A DNA stretch of 63,999 nt, counting the filler, from an uncultured bacterium (GTDB lineage: Bacteria > Latescibacterota > UBA2968), in assembly GCA_964471275.1 (NCBI GenBank). It is 3 parts of 3 records of this genome, joined end to end, with 100 filler letters (N's around TTAATTAATTAA, not from the genome) between each part and the next. Parts side by side here need not be neighbours in the genome. Positions count along the whole stretch, not along the records: positions 45,631 to 63,999 come from CAYYGZ010000070.1; 2 more parts are not named here. The stretch is one strand, 5' to 3'. The notes beneath the pieces are model-generated. The model was not told the origin of the DNA. It did no database searches and saw nothing but the letters and a program-made list of their open reading frames with translations. The number at the start of each line of letters is the position of its first letter. Within the stretch, counting starts at the first letter, position 1. Of this stretch, positions 52,210 through 62,524 are shown one piece after another. Position numbers and translations under genes: made by a program.

Positions 52210-52585
52210 CTAGGACGAGCAGTATGAGAAGAAATCAGCGTTTGACGCGGAGAAACCGAACTTCTGTTCGACTTCACGAATGGCGAGTTCGGTCGCCCAC
52301 AGACCGTCGAGCGTATCCGGGAACTCTACGCCAGTTGTGGCGTCGGGCAGCAGGACGACGTTGTAGCCCCGGTCCCGCATGGCGCGCACACCATAGTCGC
52401 GGTTGATGATGCACCAGTTCGTGGCAAACCCTGCGTAGATCAGGTGAAGGATCTGCTGTGACGTGAGGTGGTCGTGGAGCTGCTGACCGGTGGTGATGAC
52501 GGTATCGCTCTTTGAGCGATTTCTTGAAGGCGACGATTTCGTCACCGTTGAATTCGGGGAAGAAGGCTTTCAGATTCCAGTTCAC
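52210..52585 (-). pseudogene. Chimeric remnant: M3 oligoendopeptidase F-like N-terminus joined to an isochorismatase-like C-terminus
   Basis: GTG 52585 gives MNWNLKAFFPEFNGDEIVAFKK. Near 52510 another frame gives YAGFATNWCI..RDYG..GYNVVLLPDAT. Confidence 0.55.
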
Positions 52586-52792
52586 GTCAGGCCTTTCTTC
52601 TTTTTTTAAAAGGGCAAAGGGCATAGCAGTATGCGTACAGTGTGTGGTGAGAATCCATGTGACCGCGTGCAACGTTGAATACTCACCTGGAGTTCGGGGC
52701 TCAACGTCGCTGAGGCGATAGCCTCCGTGACCGACGATCCATCCCGCGCCGATCGCTCACCTGGAGGAAATGGTTGAATTCCGCCAACGACA

Positions 52793-53521
52793 TCAGGGCA
52801 GATCCGGAAAGAGTGTCGCTCTCGCGATCATCCTGAAAGCGAGCAGCGATATCAAGACCTTGAGTCCCTTCCGGAAGATTTCCTCCGATATCCTGTCTCT
52901 CAGCTTTGTTCCCAGCCACGAGCCGATCGTCGCTGCCACGATCATCCCAACGATCAGCCGAACGTAGGGACCGAAGGCAAAGCCCAGCATTCCCAGGGTG
53001 AAGACCTTGAGGGTATGCATCGCGGTCATCTGGACGGAATGCGTTATGACCGTCCGGTCCCGGCCGAGATTCTCGCGCAGGAGGAATGGCAGATTCAACG
53101 GCCCGGCGATCCCAATGAACAGTGAAAGACAGGTCTGCAGGGCGCCCAGAACCGCAAACTTTGCAGGAAGCCGGGGTGCGCTGTCGATCCGGGGCATCCA
53201 CGTGAACACGAGTATGAAGGTCCCGAGGATCAGCGGCATGTTCTCCCACGCGACATAGGGTACGATCTGGGATCCCAGCAGCGCACCCAACCCCGCACCA
53301 GCAACATACATCCTGAATATCCGCCAGTCGATGTGCAGAACACCGAAAGCCGCGCGACTCAGATTGCTGGCGATCTGCACCAGTCCGTGAACGGGGATGA
53401 TCGCGGCCGCCGGCAGGAATCCGGGCATGACCGAAATCAGGATAACACCACCCGCGATGCCTCCGATCGCCGCTGTCAGAGACGTGATGAAGGCGAATGG
53501 GATCAGCGTGAGTTCTGCCAA
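52793..53521 (-). CDS. Sulfite exporter TauE/SafE family membrane protein
   Basis: GGIAGGVIL, IPVHGLVQIASN and GIAGP motifs; about 8 TM segments. Confidence 0.88.
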   Translation of the reverse strand: MAELTLIPFAFITSLTAAIGGIAGGVILISVMPGFLPAAAIIPVHGLVQIASNLSRAAFGVLHIDWRIFRMYVAGAGLGALLGSQIVPYVAWENMPLILGTFILVFTWMPRIDSAPRLPAKFAVLGALQTCLSLFIGIAGPLNLPFLLRENLGRDRTVITHSVQMTAMHTLKVFTLGMLGFAFGPYVRLIVGMIVAATIGSWLGTKLRDRISEEIFRKGLKVLISLLAFRMIARATLFPDLP

Positions 53522-53589
53522 TTCAGGTTCCTTTCGAGCGTTGCCTAATATTTAAGGGCAGAGCCAGGGGATCAAGGTATTTTGTCCGA

Positions 53590-54184
53590 TCTAGCCTGCA
53601 GCGAGATGGCCGGACGGCCAGGCTACGCCGTGTGTGACAGACTCGAGAAGAGATTGTCCGAATGGGTCCAATCCCAAAACGGAATATAAGGATGGGCATT
53701 GCGGATGTGTGATCGCTGGGCTAGTGCAGATTTGATCAGTCCGGGAGTTCTCGAATCTGGTGAGCGAGCGCGAAGCCGACGTCAGCCGGTTTGGGTGGCA
53801 GGGCTCCTGGGCCGGGCGCGCAGGAGTCCTGCCAAACGAACGCTGTCGATTCTATTGGTTTTCACCCGGTCACCGGTGGCTTTCGGGATCTTGTTAGGAG
53901 GTGTCACCGTAACGTCGGCTCCGTAACGAACCAAGTGATCGTGTAACCAGTATCCAGAGAACCCGGCCTCGTAAATGACAGAGAAAGATGACGCGTCCTT
54001 CTTGTATTTGTCCAGCATCGGCTTTAACGAACGTCAGGTCCCTGGAGTACGATTCGACAGTACTTTCAATTGGTCCTCTGTCAGGGCTGTAACGTGCCAA
54101 TTCTTACGATGAACGTCGATACCAACAAACAGACGCTTGCCGATCCAGACCTGCGGTGTGTAATTTGCCACAACGAGCCTCCTT
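53590..54184 (-). mobile_element. IS110-family element remnant (DEDD domain only) with structured 3' non-coding end
   Basis: AAGGAGG RBS and GTG 54171; FVGIDVH, YEAG and GDRVKTNRID motifs; in-frame TGA at 54034; C-terminal Tnp domain absent. Element boundaries are approximate. Confidence 0.8.
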
Positions 54185-54659
54185 GCGATTAGGATAGTGC
54201 GTGGTTTTGGTCGATCTCACACTACTCTCTTTTGCAGTGAGGCCCAATTAGTTTCACCATAGGCACTGAGTAGCGGGCGGCTTCGCGTCCGCATATCGAA
54301 GGGTCCCTTCCTCAGATCGAATTCGAATACGCCAACTGGCCCTGCGTGATTTCCTTTGAACCTTGAACGCGACCGGAAGACGTGTGTCCCTGCAGGTCGC
54401 GCAGAGTAACTTGCGCCCTCCAAGCGGACCCACGTTGCCATAACTCCACGAATCCGACATCCGTAAAACCCACCTGCGCGGCGGGCGGGCAGGGCGCCGC
54501 ACCCTCCGCCACCCACGAACCTGCGCCCTTAACATAGCCAGATTCCCTCCCCTGGGAGCGGGAGAACGCCCTTTTTCTTCCTATCCGCTATTTCTGGCAC
54601 AGGCATGACACTTAACGTCTCGAGGTCGGCTTTCTTTCCGTGTAGCAAGAAGTGAGGTG

Positions 54660-55210
54660 TGCATTTCGGGTTTCGGCTCAGAGACGGGTACCGCTCTTCG
54701 TTACGACAGAGACTTCGTAGCGATCGGGAAGCGTGCCGCCCTGACGATGCCGATGACACCGGTTCTGTTCGTGATCTCTCGATTTCTAGTCGAGAAATCG
54801 GGTGTAGATCTGACAGGACAGCTCATCACTCGTGTATCCCGTCAGCCTCTCGACTTTCGTGTTCGAATAGATGATTCGTCTGTCCTGTATCAGGTAGATG
54901 CAGTCCGTGTTGTGTTCGACCCAATTTCGAAACAGATCAGTCTTGTCGACAGACGTGCCCTTCGCGGGTTCCGAATTCACCAGAAGCCCCGATTCACGCT
55001 CAACGAACCGAGCCAGCTTCTCGGCGGTTCGGTCCCATAATTTTCGGACGTCACCTTCCGGACGCGTCGAACGGTTTCGAAACCAACCCCGGCACTCGGC
55101 GCGACATACTCCAGCTTGAGCGCGTGCTCATCCATCAAGGTTCTGAGGTGGTCGGTCAGCTGTCTCGTGAAAGCTTCCGATGCCGTGTAGCGGTTGTCCG
55201 TAATCTGAGA
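54660..55210 (-). pseudogene. PAS-domain regulator remnant
   Basis: LFRNWVEHNTDCIYLIQDRRIIYSN..ERLTGYTSDEL...D*..YEVSVVTKSG with stops. Confidence 0.55.
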
Positions 55211-55309
55211 AAATGAGAAGGGATATGCTTGCTATTTGGCTGCCTGATACGCTTGTTCAGATTCGGATATACCGAAGCAATATGAGGTGTCGCATAAACG
55301 GAGTGAATC

Positions 55310-56383
55310 ATGGATATCCCAGTTAGGCGTGTGGAAACGCGTGTTCAGAAAGATCTACCTGACCTGTCGAACCTGGAGTTCGGAAAGCAAACCACCGACC
55401 ACATGTTCCGGATGGCCTATACGGAGGGCGCCGGTTGGCAGGATCCCGAGGTCGTGGCCTATGCGCCTCTCTCACTGGATCCATCTGCGCTCGTTCTCCA
55501 TTATAATCAGCAGATTTTCGAAGGGTTGAAGGCCTATCGTCAACCGGATGGTTCAGTTGCCCTGTTCCGTCCGGGTCAGCATGGGAACCGTTTTGATGTT
55601 TCTGCGGCCCGAATGGCGATGCCCCAACTCGATTCAGGTGTGTTCCTGGCGTCGATCAAGGCGCTTGTCGAGGTCGAGGATCGATGGGTTCCAGATGAAT
55701 TCGGAACATCGCTCTACATTCGCCCGACTATGATCGCGACGGAGCCGGGGCTGGGCGTGCGAGCCTCAAACGCCTACCTGTATTACGTGATCGCTTGCCC
55801 CGTCAGTGCATACTACAGAGAGGGCGGCAAGCCGACTCGGATCAGGGTCGAGGAAGAGGGTACTCGGGCGGCGGCAGGTGGAGCGGGCGAGGCCAAGACA
55901 TCCGGTAACTATGCACCGACACTGCTCGCTGCGAGGCGCGCGACGGAGAACGGGTTCTCTCAGGTCCTTTGGCTGGATGCGAAGGATCATCGGTTTGTGG
56001 AGGAGGTGGGAACAAGCAACATCTTTTTTCGGTTCGGTGACGAACTGGTGACTCCGCCGCTCGGTGGGACGATTCTGCCCGGCATCACACGCAGTGCGGT
56101 GCTTCAGCTCGCGAAGGAATGGGGGATTCCCACGACCGAGCGGAAAGTCAGCATCCACGAGGTGATTGATGGATGCCAGTCGGGACAGCTGAAGGAAGCC
56201 TTTGCGACAGGAACCGCAGCGGTGGTATTGCCGATCCGAGAGTTTTCGTATAAGGCGGAGTGTGCCCGTGTCGAGGGTGGAGGGGAAAGGGGGATGGCTT
56301 GGCGGTTCCGCGAGGAGATTACGGCGGTGCAGTATGGTAGGAAGGAGGATGTGTTGGGGTGGATGATGAAGATTGAGGATTGA
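55310..56383 (+). CDS. ilvE: Branched-chain amino acid aminotransferase
   Basis: FGKQTTDHM, LHYNQQIFEGLKAY, LYIRP, KTSGNY, ILPGITR and GTAAV motifs. Confidence 0.95.
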   Translation: MDIPVRRVETRVQKDLPDLSNLEFGKQTTDHMFRMAYTEGAGWQDPEVVAYAPLSLDPSALVLHYNQQIFEGLKAYRQPDGSVALFRPGQHGNRFDVSAARMAMPQLDSGVFLASIKALVEVEDRWVPDEFGTSLYIRPTMIATEPGLGVRASNAYLYYVIACPVSAYYREGGKPTRIRVEEEGTRAAAGGAGEAKTSGNYAPTLLAARRATENGFSQVLWLDAKDHRFVEEVGTSNIFFRFGDELVTPPLGGTILPGITRSAVLQLAKEWGIPTTERKVSIHEVIDGCQSGQLKEAFATGTAAVVLPIREFSYKAECARVEGGGERGMAWRFREEITAVQYGRKEDVLGWMMKIED

Positions 56384-56500
56384 GGATGTGAAGAAAGAAG
56401 ATTTAGAGGCGCAGGGCAGAGAGCGCATGAAGCAAAGGGCAGAGCGCACAGCGCAAGATCAGAAGCATCAACCCCGTTCGCTCGGTAGGCGGTAGGCGGA
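56371..56500. repeat. Cluster of short tandem heptamers in a convergent spacer
   Basis: gattgag x2, aaagggc-agagcgc-acagcgc and cggtagg x2. Confidence 0.45.
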
Positions 56501-56508
56501 GGTGGGGG

Positions 56509-57309
56509 TTACTCGAATTTTTCGGTGAGGGCGTCGCTGTGGACGGGGTTGCGGAAGCCCAGTTTCTCTGCGATGCTTCGGGATGCCTGGTTTGTGCCGT
56601 CACACTCCCAGTGAGGAGCACACTGTCGGTCCAGTGCCATCTGTACGAAGCGTGACGCCGTGGCGATGCCGTTGCCCTGATGGTCGGCCACGGTTTCGAT
56701 TCCGATGCCGCATCGGTTATCACTCACGTATTCTGCGGTGCACCAGCACACTGCCGCTTCGTCAAATACCGCCGCACATCCGAATCCTCCCTTGAAGTAG
56801 GCCTGAGTCGAGGACCGCATCCAGGCGATCTCGGTGTGGATTTCATTGAGGCCCTTCAGCCCGGGCGTGTTCAGAAACGCTTCATCAATCGCGTGATACG
56901 TGACACCCGGTATCGTGGCCTCAAACCGTTCCGGGTTCGATAGCGTTGTGTAGAACTGTTTGGGACGCCGGCCGTCGAGCCAGGGCGCAAACGGCCTCTC
57001 GCCGGTTTGTCAGAGTGATTCTGCAAGCGGACGAACGTTGAAGTAGCGAAGACCCTTTTTCATTGCTGCAGGCTGGATCGTCGTCGCGACGATTCCGTGC
57101 AGTTCCTGCACCCCTTCGGGTGGCAGCTCTCCATCGAGGTAGAAGACGTTGTTGTCCTGGTCCCACAACAGGACGAATGGTGTGTCTTCTGCAATCCAGA
57201 CACATCCCTCTGTGCTCCCGCATCCGATCGAAGCCGTGACCATCATCAGCTGATCACCGGATAGCAGTCCATTAACAGACACAAATCCCGATGTCTCCTG
57301 TTCTCTCAT
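56509..57309 (-). pseudogene. GNAT acetyltransferase with a single in-frame TGA
   Basis: The frame is continuous from 57309 to 56509 except for TGA at 57010; IGIET..HQGNGIAT and N.AS..IAEKLGF motifs. Confidence 0.8.
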
Positions 57310-57464
57310 CGATCGTGCCTTTTAAGGGTCAGATGTGCGGGCTCACACCTTCCAACCTGTGGGGTGCACATTCCGGCCCTTCGATACGAAGGCAGAGTTT
57401 CGGTGTTGAATCAGAATCGCTAGATGGTTCATCAGGCTTCTACTCAGGGCGAGACGGTGCGGGG

Positions 57465-58331
57465 CTATTCTTTGAGTTTCAGGCGAATCTCGAAGAGGCT
57501 GGGCCAGAGTTTTCCGGTGACGAAGAGGCGGTCGTTCAGGGCGTCGTAGGCGATGCCGTTTAGGACGGCATCGGGTTCGTTCGTTCGGTCGCTATCAGAG
57601 AGCAGGCCAGTCAGGTCTATCCAGCCGACGACACTCCCGGTCAGCACGTTGATACGGGCAATCAGGTTGGTCTGCCAGACGTTTGCGTAGATCTCGCCCT
57701 TCACGGATTCGAGCTCGTTGAGACGCCAGACAAGCCCCCGGTCGTCGCTGACCTCGGATCGGGCGATCTGATTGAGAGACTGGGAGTCTCGGAAGTACAG
57801 ACTCGCCGTGCCATCGCTCATAACGAATCGCGATCCATCGTGGGCGATCCCCCAACCCTCGGTGGCATAGACGAATTCACGCTTCAGCTGGAACGTTTCG
57901 AGATCGTATATAAACCCGACGCGTGACAGCCAGGTGAGCTGTATGATTTCATCGCCGAGGATCGCAATCCCTTCGCCGAAGTGTTGTTGGTCGATCTGCA
58001 CCGATTGGAGGACTTCGCCTGTTTCCAGGTCAACCTTGCGCAAGGTCGACACACCGTTGGAAGGATGTCCAGGGGTGTAATAAGGAAACTGTCCCGTTCC
58101 CTCGTACAGGAACCCCTCGTGGTAGACGAGGCCCTGTGTGAAGCCATTCGGGTCGTGTGGGTAGGTGTTGACGATTTCGAAGGTATAGATTGGGATATCC
58201 TTCGATGCGGTTGAATCGGTGGGTGTAAAGGTCGTGCCAAGTTCGTCCGGGCTGAAATGCGGGTATCGCTCGCATGACGCCAGCACGGCGAGCGCCGACA
58301 GGCAAACCCACGTCTGACGGATCCATCTCAC
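57465..58331 (-). CDS. Glutaminyl-peptide cyclotransferase (lipoprotein)
   Basis: LASC lipobox; YPHD..FTQGL, FGEG, EGWG, LNELE, ANVW, LNGIAYD and TGKLW motifs. Confidence 0.92.
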   Translation of the reverse strand: MRWIRQTWVCLSALAVLASCERYPHFSPDELGTTFTPTDSTASKDIPIYTFEIVNTYPHDPNGFTQGLVYHEGFLYEGTGQFPYYTPGHPSNGVSTLRKVDLETGEVLQSVQIDQQHFGEGIAILGDEIIQLTWLSRVGFIYDLETFQLKREFVYATEGWGIAHDGSRFVMSDGTASLYFRDSQSLNQIARSEVSDDRGLVWRLNELESVKGEIYANVWQTNLIARINVLTGSVVGWIDLTGLLSDSDRTNEPDAVLNGIAYDALNDRLFVTGKLWPSLFEIRLKLKE

Positions 58332-58335
58332 GGCT

Positions 58336-58827
58336 CTACTCCTGCTCCACTCGGGTGGCCTTGTGGATCACGATCGGTTCGACGGGCACGTCCTGGTAGT
58401 GACCGACCATCGTCGTCTCTACCTGCGCGATCTTCTCGACGACATCCAGACCTTCCGTTACTTTTGCGAATACGGCGTATCCGAAGCTGGCTTCGGAGTG
58501 GTCGAGATTCGTGTTGTGACGCAGGTTTATGAAGAACTGGGATGTCGCGCTGTCCACCTCCGACGTTCGTGCCATCGATAGCGTTCCGAGCTCGTTGTTC
58601 AGCCCGTTGTCTGCTTCGTTCTTGATCTTCTCCCGCGTTTCCTTCTGCTCCATCTCCATCGTGAAGCCGCCGCCCTGGATGACGAAATTGGGGATGACGC
58701 GGTGGAAAACCGTCCCGTCGAAGTGTCCGTCATCAACGTACTGCAGGAAGTTGGCGGCGGTGATGGGGGCCGCCTCCTCGAACATTTCGAGTGTGATGTC
58801 TCCTTCAGATGTTTCCATCTTTACCAT
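58336..58827 (-). CDS. Cyclophilin-type peptidyl-prolyl isomerase
   Basis: FHRVIPNFVIQGGG, MART, ATSQFFIN and GYAVF motifs. Confidence 0.95.
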   Translation of the reverse strand: MVKMETSEGDITLEMFEEAAPITAANFLQYVDDGHFDGTVFHRVIPNFVIQGGGFTMEMEQKETREKIKNEADNGLNNELGTLSMARTSEVDSATSQFFINLRHNTNLDHSEASFGYAVFAKVTEGLDVVEKIAQVETTMVGHYQDVPVEPIVIHKATRVEQE

Positions 58828-58949
58828 TCCAATTCCATTTCGGTATGTGCGTGAGTGAGAATTGTTGAGTGCCCAAAGCTACCTAACCTGCCGCAGCAGG
58901 ACAGGACTCAGGGTCCCAGTCGCGGTCGCAGCAGCCCCGGGGTGGTCGG

Positions 58950-59750
58950 CTAGTATCGCTCGTCGACGAGCCAGGCTTCCTCGGGGTGGTCCTCCCACCG
59001 TTTTCGGAGGACCTGTTCGTTTTGGCAGAATCTTTTCTCGTATGCGATGCCCCCGTGCGAGATGTTGACGCTTACGGCAATTTCGTCTTCGGATGTTACC
59101 CAGTGCGGCGTCAACAGCTGGTTCCACAGCACGTCACCTGGTTCCATGCGGTAGGTCAGGAGGATGTCCGAATCGATGTCGGGAATCTGCTCAAGCCGAT
59201 ACTCGTTCCGGTTGTCTACGATGTGCTGGATGCCGGCGCGGGCTTCCGGATCCTTGAAACCGTTGAAGACTTTTACGCCGTGAACCTGCCAAGCGACGAC
59301 GTGAGAGACATCGACGTGGTAGGTAGAGCTGCAGTTTTTGCCGGAGATGAAGAGAATCGGGTAGCTCCGCTGCCACGTGAGGCCCGTGCTCGACAGGAAG
59401 GTCCTCCAGGGAATCATCACATCCTTCTGAAAGTCCCTCAGGAACCCTCCATCACCGTAGAAGTTGTGGAGAAAAAAATTCGCCAGACTGAAGGGCAGAT
59501 CCACGATCTGCTCGAGCGGCGCCGTCCTGAACTTTTCGATCAGCGCGCTCTTCTCAGCCCCGTCCGCCATACCGAGAAACTGAACCCGTGAGTCGGGGTC
59601 CTTGCGGAGGATATCGATGATCTCTTCGGGAGAAGGTATCAATGTCTGGAATGATATGAGTTTCGGACCGATAAGGAAATTCCGTCGGTCGTTCCAGACG
59701 GTGAGCAGGTCTTCGACAGTGTTGGCGATGAAGGGAAAGGAAGTCTTCAT
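58950..59750 (-). CDS. JmjC/cupin-like putative Fe(II)/2OG oxygenase
   Basis: TYHVD..VAWQVHGVK and PGDVLW...PHWV give an HxD...H triad. Confidence 0.65.
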   Translation of the reverse strand: MKTSFPFIANTVEDLLTVWNDRRNFLIGPKLISFQTLIPSPEEIIDILRKDPDSRVQFLGMADGAEKSALIEKFRTAPLEQIVDLPFSLANFFLHNFYGDGGFLRDFQKDVMIPWRTFLSSTGLTWQRSYPILFISGKNCSSTYHVDVSHVVAWQVHGVKVFNGFKDPEARAGIQHIVDNRNEYRLEQIPDIDSDILLTYRMEPGDVLWNQLLTPHWVTSEDEIAVSVNISHGGIAYEKRFCQNEQVLRKRWEDHPEEAWLVDERY

Positions 59751-59781
59751 GATTTTCGTGTCGAGGATCTACGGCCCTGGG

Positions 59782-60390
59782 TCAAAGACCGTGAACCAAT
59801 CTTCGTTTCCGCAAATGAGAGCTAATTTCACGGATGCCCCGGGTGCGTTCGGATTGCAGACCGGCGGCTCGGGCAGCGGCTACGTTGAGTTCGTTGTCGT
59901 CGAAGAACAGGATGCGTTCGGCCGGCAGGGCGAGCTTTTCGATCACGTTCTCGAATGCCTCACGATCAGGTTTGAGAAGACCTGTCTGGTGGGACGGGTA
60001 GTGTGTTTCGATGAGTGTCCCCAGTCCCATTTGCCCCGTCAGTTTTGGCCAGTGGATGGCGTTCGTGTTGCTCATCGTGGCCAGCCGGTATGTCGGCCGG
60101 AGATCGTCCAGCAGCTCTTCGACACCGTCGAAGAGGCCGTCGATCCAAGTTTCGAAGGCGGCCAGGAAGATGGTCGGCGGGACGGTGAGGCCGAATTCGG
60201 CGATTGTTCTCTCGGCGAAAGCACCGGGATCAACCTGTCCGCTCTCGAAGGCTCGAACAGCGTCGGAGTGCAGCCACTTTTCCCAAAGTTCGGGCTCGGT
60301 CATCTCGCCGGACATCCACTCCAGCATCGTCGAAACACCGGTCAGTCTAACGAGTACGCCGCCCAGGTCGAACAGGATAACGTCGATCAA
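59782..60390 (-). CDS. HAD-superfamily phosphatase
   Basis: FDLGGV, MSNTN, KP and FFDD motifs; TTG start. Confidence 0.88.
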   Translation of the reverse strand: MIDVILFDLGGVLVRLTGVSTMLEWMSGEMTEPELWEKWLHSDAVRAFESGQVDPGAFAERTIAEFGLTVPPTIFLAAFETWIDGLFDGVEELLDDLRPTYRLATMSNTNAIHWPKLTGQMGLGTLIETHYPSHQTGLLKPDREAFENVIEKLALPAERILFFDDNELNVAAARAAGLQSERTRGIREISSHLRKRRLVHGL

Positions 60391-60536
60391 GTTGCCGATT
60401 TTAGGCCTGCCTTGACGCGTGTGCCGGACCTGTCCACCTGCTCTGCGAAGTGAGCGGTCTGGAGGGCGTGCCGGGATTGGGTGACGGCCTCGCCGTTGTG
60501 GCGGCAGGCGTCGAATATGGTGTCGATGATGTGCAC
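60387..60536 (-). pseudogene. PhnZ-like HD-domain N-terminal remnant
   Basis: IIDTIFD...GEAVTQSRHALQTAHFAEQ, truncated before the HD motif. Confidence 0.5.
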
Positions 60537-60598
60537 GTGTTTCCCGGTCGCTCGGTACGACCGTCCTCGTTCTCTGCCGCTCCGATGTCCCCGGGCGG

Positions 60599-61801
60599 TC
60601 ACTCGGGATGAATGGCGGCGGTGCTGGTTCCATTTCTGCGCTTGTGCCGGTTGAATATAACAAGGGCGACAAAGCCTACAAAGACGTCTGCTAGGACAAT
60701 GTAGAATGTCCAGGCTGTGCCGAGGGGCTCGAAGCACTGGCCGATGATCCACGGGATCGACATGCCGCCGGCGCTGGACCCGACAAAGAACCAGCCCGTT
60801 GCCCGGCCAGATATCGGCATTCTCTCTTCGGCAAGAGATATGACGGTGGCGAACATCGGGGCGACCGTGATTCCGGCCATGACCGTGCCGGCCCATAGCA
60901 TCGTCTGACTGTTGGGTCGGGACAGAACGGCGAGTGATGCGGCGCCGACTCCTGCCAGACAGAGTGTCATGATCGTGGTAGCTGATGCACGTGCGGCCAG
61001 CGGGATGCCGAGCAGGCGGCCGAAGGTGAATGCTCCCCAGTAGGCAGAGGTCAGGGCAGCTGCGGTGACGGTATCAGCCAGGTTCTGCTTGAGCGCGTAG
61101 GTGTAGATCCAATTTCCGTACCCGACTTCAGCGCCGACAGTCGCGAACAGGAGTCCGGCAACGAGTACAATCGTAGACCGGTGCTCGCCGAGACCCGATT
61201 CCTCGTTACGTGCGTGATGGGCGATCTGTGGGCTGGGCTGGACGGCAACAAACAAGATCAACGGGATCAGGAGCGCAGCCAGCATCCAGTAAGCATCGGA
61301 GACAGATCCACCTGACTCGATCGCGAACGAGACGATCAGTGGTGAGGCCAGTGCACCGACACCGAAGAAGAAATGCAGACCGTTCAGCCAAGGACCTAGA
61401 CCGGTCGGGAAGAGCCAGACGAGGAGTGTGTTTCCGCCGGCGTCGAGCGCGCCTTCGCCGATCCCGAGACCATAGAGGATGGCCGTGAGTATCGTGACGG
61501 AGGGACTGAGCGGGACGAGCGCCATACAGATCGCCATGAGGGTCATCATACCGGCAATCAGGGGATGGCCCGGGTAGCGATCGAAGAGTCGGCCGCCAAA
61601 CAGGGCGCCGGTTAGGTAGCCCGCTGAGCGCGCGACAAAGATGGTGCTCAACCTGCCGAGAGATGAGTCGGTCAGTTCGGCGAGACCCGGCAGCGTCGGA
61701 CCGAGCGAGGCCAGCACGAGACCCAGTCCTATGAATGCGCCGTAGTAGGAAAGCGTCTTTGTGAGACGGCCAGAAGGGCGCGGATTGGCGGGATCGCTCA
61801 A
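60599..61801 (-). CDS. MFS transporter (MFSD4/FucP-like)
   Basis: About 12 TM segments; LGPTLP, GGRLFDR, LHFFFGVGA and GAEV motifs. Confidence 0.88.
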   Translation of the reverse strand: MSDPANPRPSGRLTKTLSYYGAFIGLGLVLASLGPTLPGLAELTDSSLGRLSTIFVARSAGYLTGALFGGRLFDRYPGHPLIAGMMTLMAICMALVPLSPSVTILTAILYGLGIGEGALDAGGNTLLVWLFPTGLGPWLNGLHFFFGVGALASPLIVSFAIESGGSVSDAYWMLAALLIPLILFVAVQPSPQIAHHARNEESGLGEHRSTIVLVAGLLFATVGAEVGYGNWIYTYALKQNLADTVTAAALTSAYWGAFTFGRLLGIPLAARASATTIMTLCLAGVGAASLAVLSRPNSQTMLWAGTVMAGITVAPMFATVISLAEERMPISGRATGWFFVGSSAGGMSIPWIIGQCFEPLGTAWTFYIVLADVFVGFVALVIFNRHKRRNGTSTAAIHPE

Positions 61802-62520
61802 TGGAAGGCGATCTTCCAGTAACTGTCGAGCAGAATGGCTGTTTCGGTGGTGGCGTAGAAGTCCGTGTATGGAAAGTTGTTCAGAATCGATCGAGAGAAG
61901 ATTGTAATTTTACTGGTGTACCACCTCTTCTCCTTGCCAGAGGCGAAGGTGACGTTCACGACGACCTCCCGGATCTTGTCCCTGTCGTCCATCTTTGGCA
62001 GACCGGTCAGCCTGGCGTTCAACTCCACGGGCACACCGGTTGTCTCGTCGATCCAGGCCGTTCCTTGCCAGCGTCCCGATTCTGTCTTCTGTGAGTAGTC
62101 ATAGGCGACCCAGACGTCTTCACCATCGCGTCGCGTTCGACCATCCCGTTTTGCTGATACGTCCTTCTGAACCGCGGGCCGGAACGGGTTGTACTGTGGC
62201 TTCATGCTGAACCGGGCACTGATTTTATCGAATGTCTCCCGGAGTTGATCGGTAATCGGGACCCCATTGCTTATTGCTTCGACAAGGTTGACGTTCACCT
62301 TGCTTCCCGTCTGAGAGAAGGAGACGTGGCGTCGCGAGACGAGATGGCTGTCTCCCTCAGGATCGAAGATCTCCTCTCTTTCGACCCAATTCCCAGGAAC
62401 CAGGCCTCGGTTGAAGGCGGAAATCGCCACCGCTCGCTGCCAGAGTGCGTCGCCGGCGATTACCGGTGAGGGGTATACGGAAAGGGACAAAGCGTATAGG
62501 GTGAGGTGGAGAATCGACAA
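61798..62520 (-). CDS. Hypothetical exported protein
   Basis: Signal-peptide-like N-terminus, beta-rich body; 4-bp overlap with the MFS gene. Confidence 0.6.
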   Translation of the reverse strand: MSILHLTLYALSLSVYPSPVIAGDALWQRAVAISAFNRGLVPGNWVEREEIFDPEGDSHLVSRRHVSFSQTGSKVNVNLVEAISNGVPITDQLRETFDKISARFSMKPQYNPFRPAVQKDVSAKRDGRTRRDGEDVWVAYDYSQKTESGRWQGTAWIDETTGVPVELNARLTGLPKMDDRDKIREVVVNVTFASGKEKRWYTSKITIFSRSILNNFPYTDFYATTETAILLDSYWKIAFH

Positions 62521-62524
62521 AGGA

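Noticed and set aside
53546..54536. TTAAGGGC inverted pair at about 53552 and 54525 as IS ends
   Set aside because: Only 8 bp are exact, and the left copy fits equally well inside a TTGATC-N17-AATATT promoter for tauE.
14267..57309. Stop-codon recoding (TAG/TGA reassignment, Sec or Pyl) as the explanation for in-frame stops
   Set aside because: Intact genes end in TAG and TGA (for example rluD, ileS and hisA in TAG). Most affected genes also have frameshifts, and the stops are one substitution from CAG/GAG/CGA/TGG at non-catalytic sites.
58860..58950. GC-rich spacer as SRP RNA or riboswitch
   Set aside because: It lacks the SRP GGAA tetraloop motif and any riboswitch consensus I can recognise.
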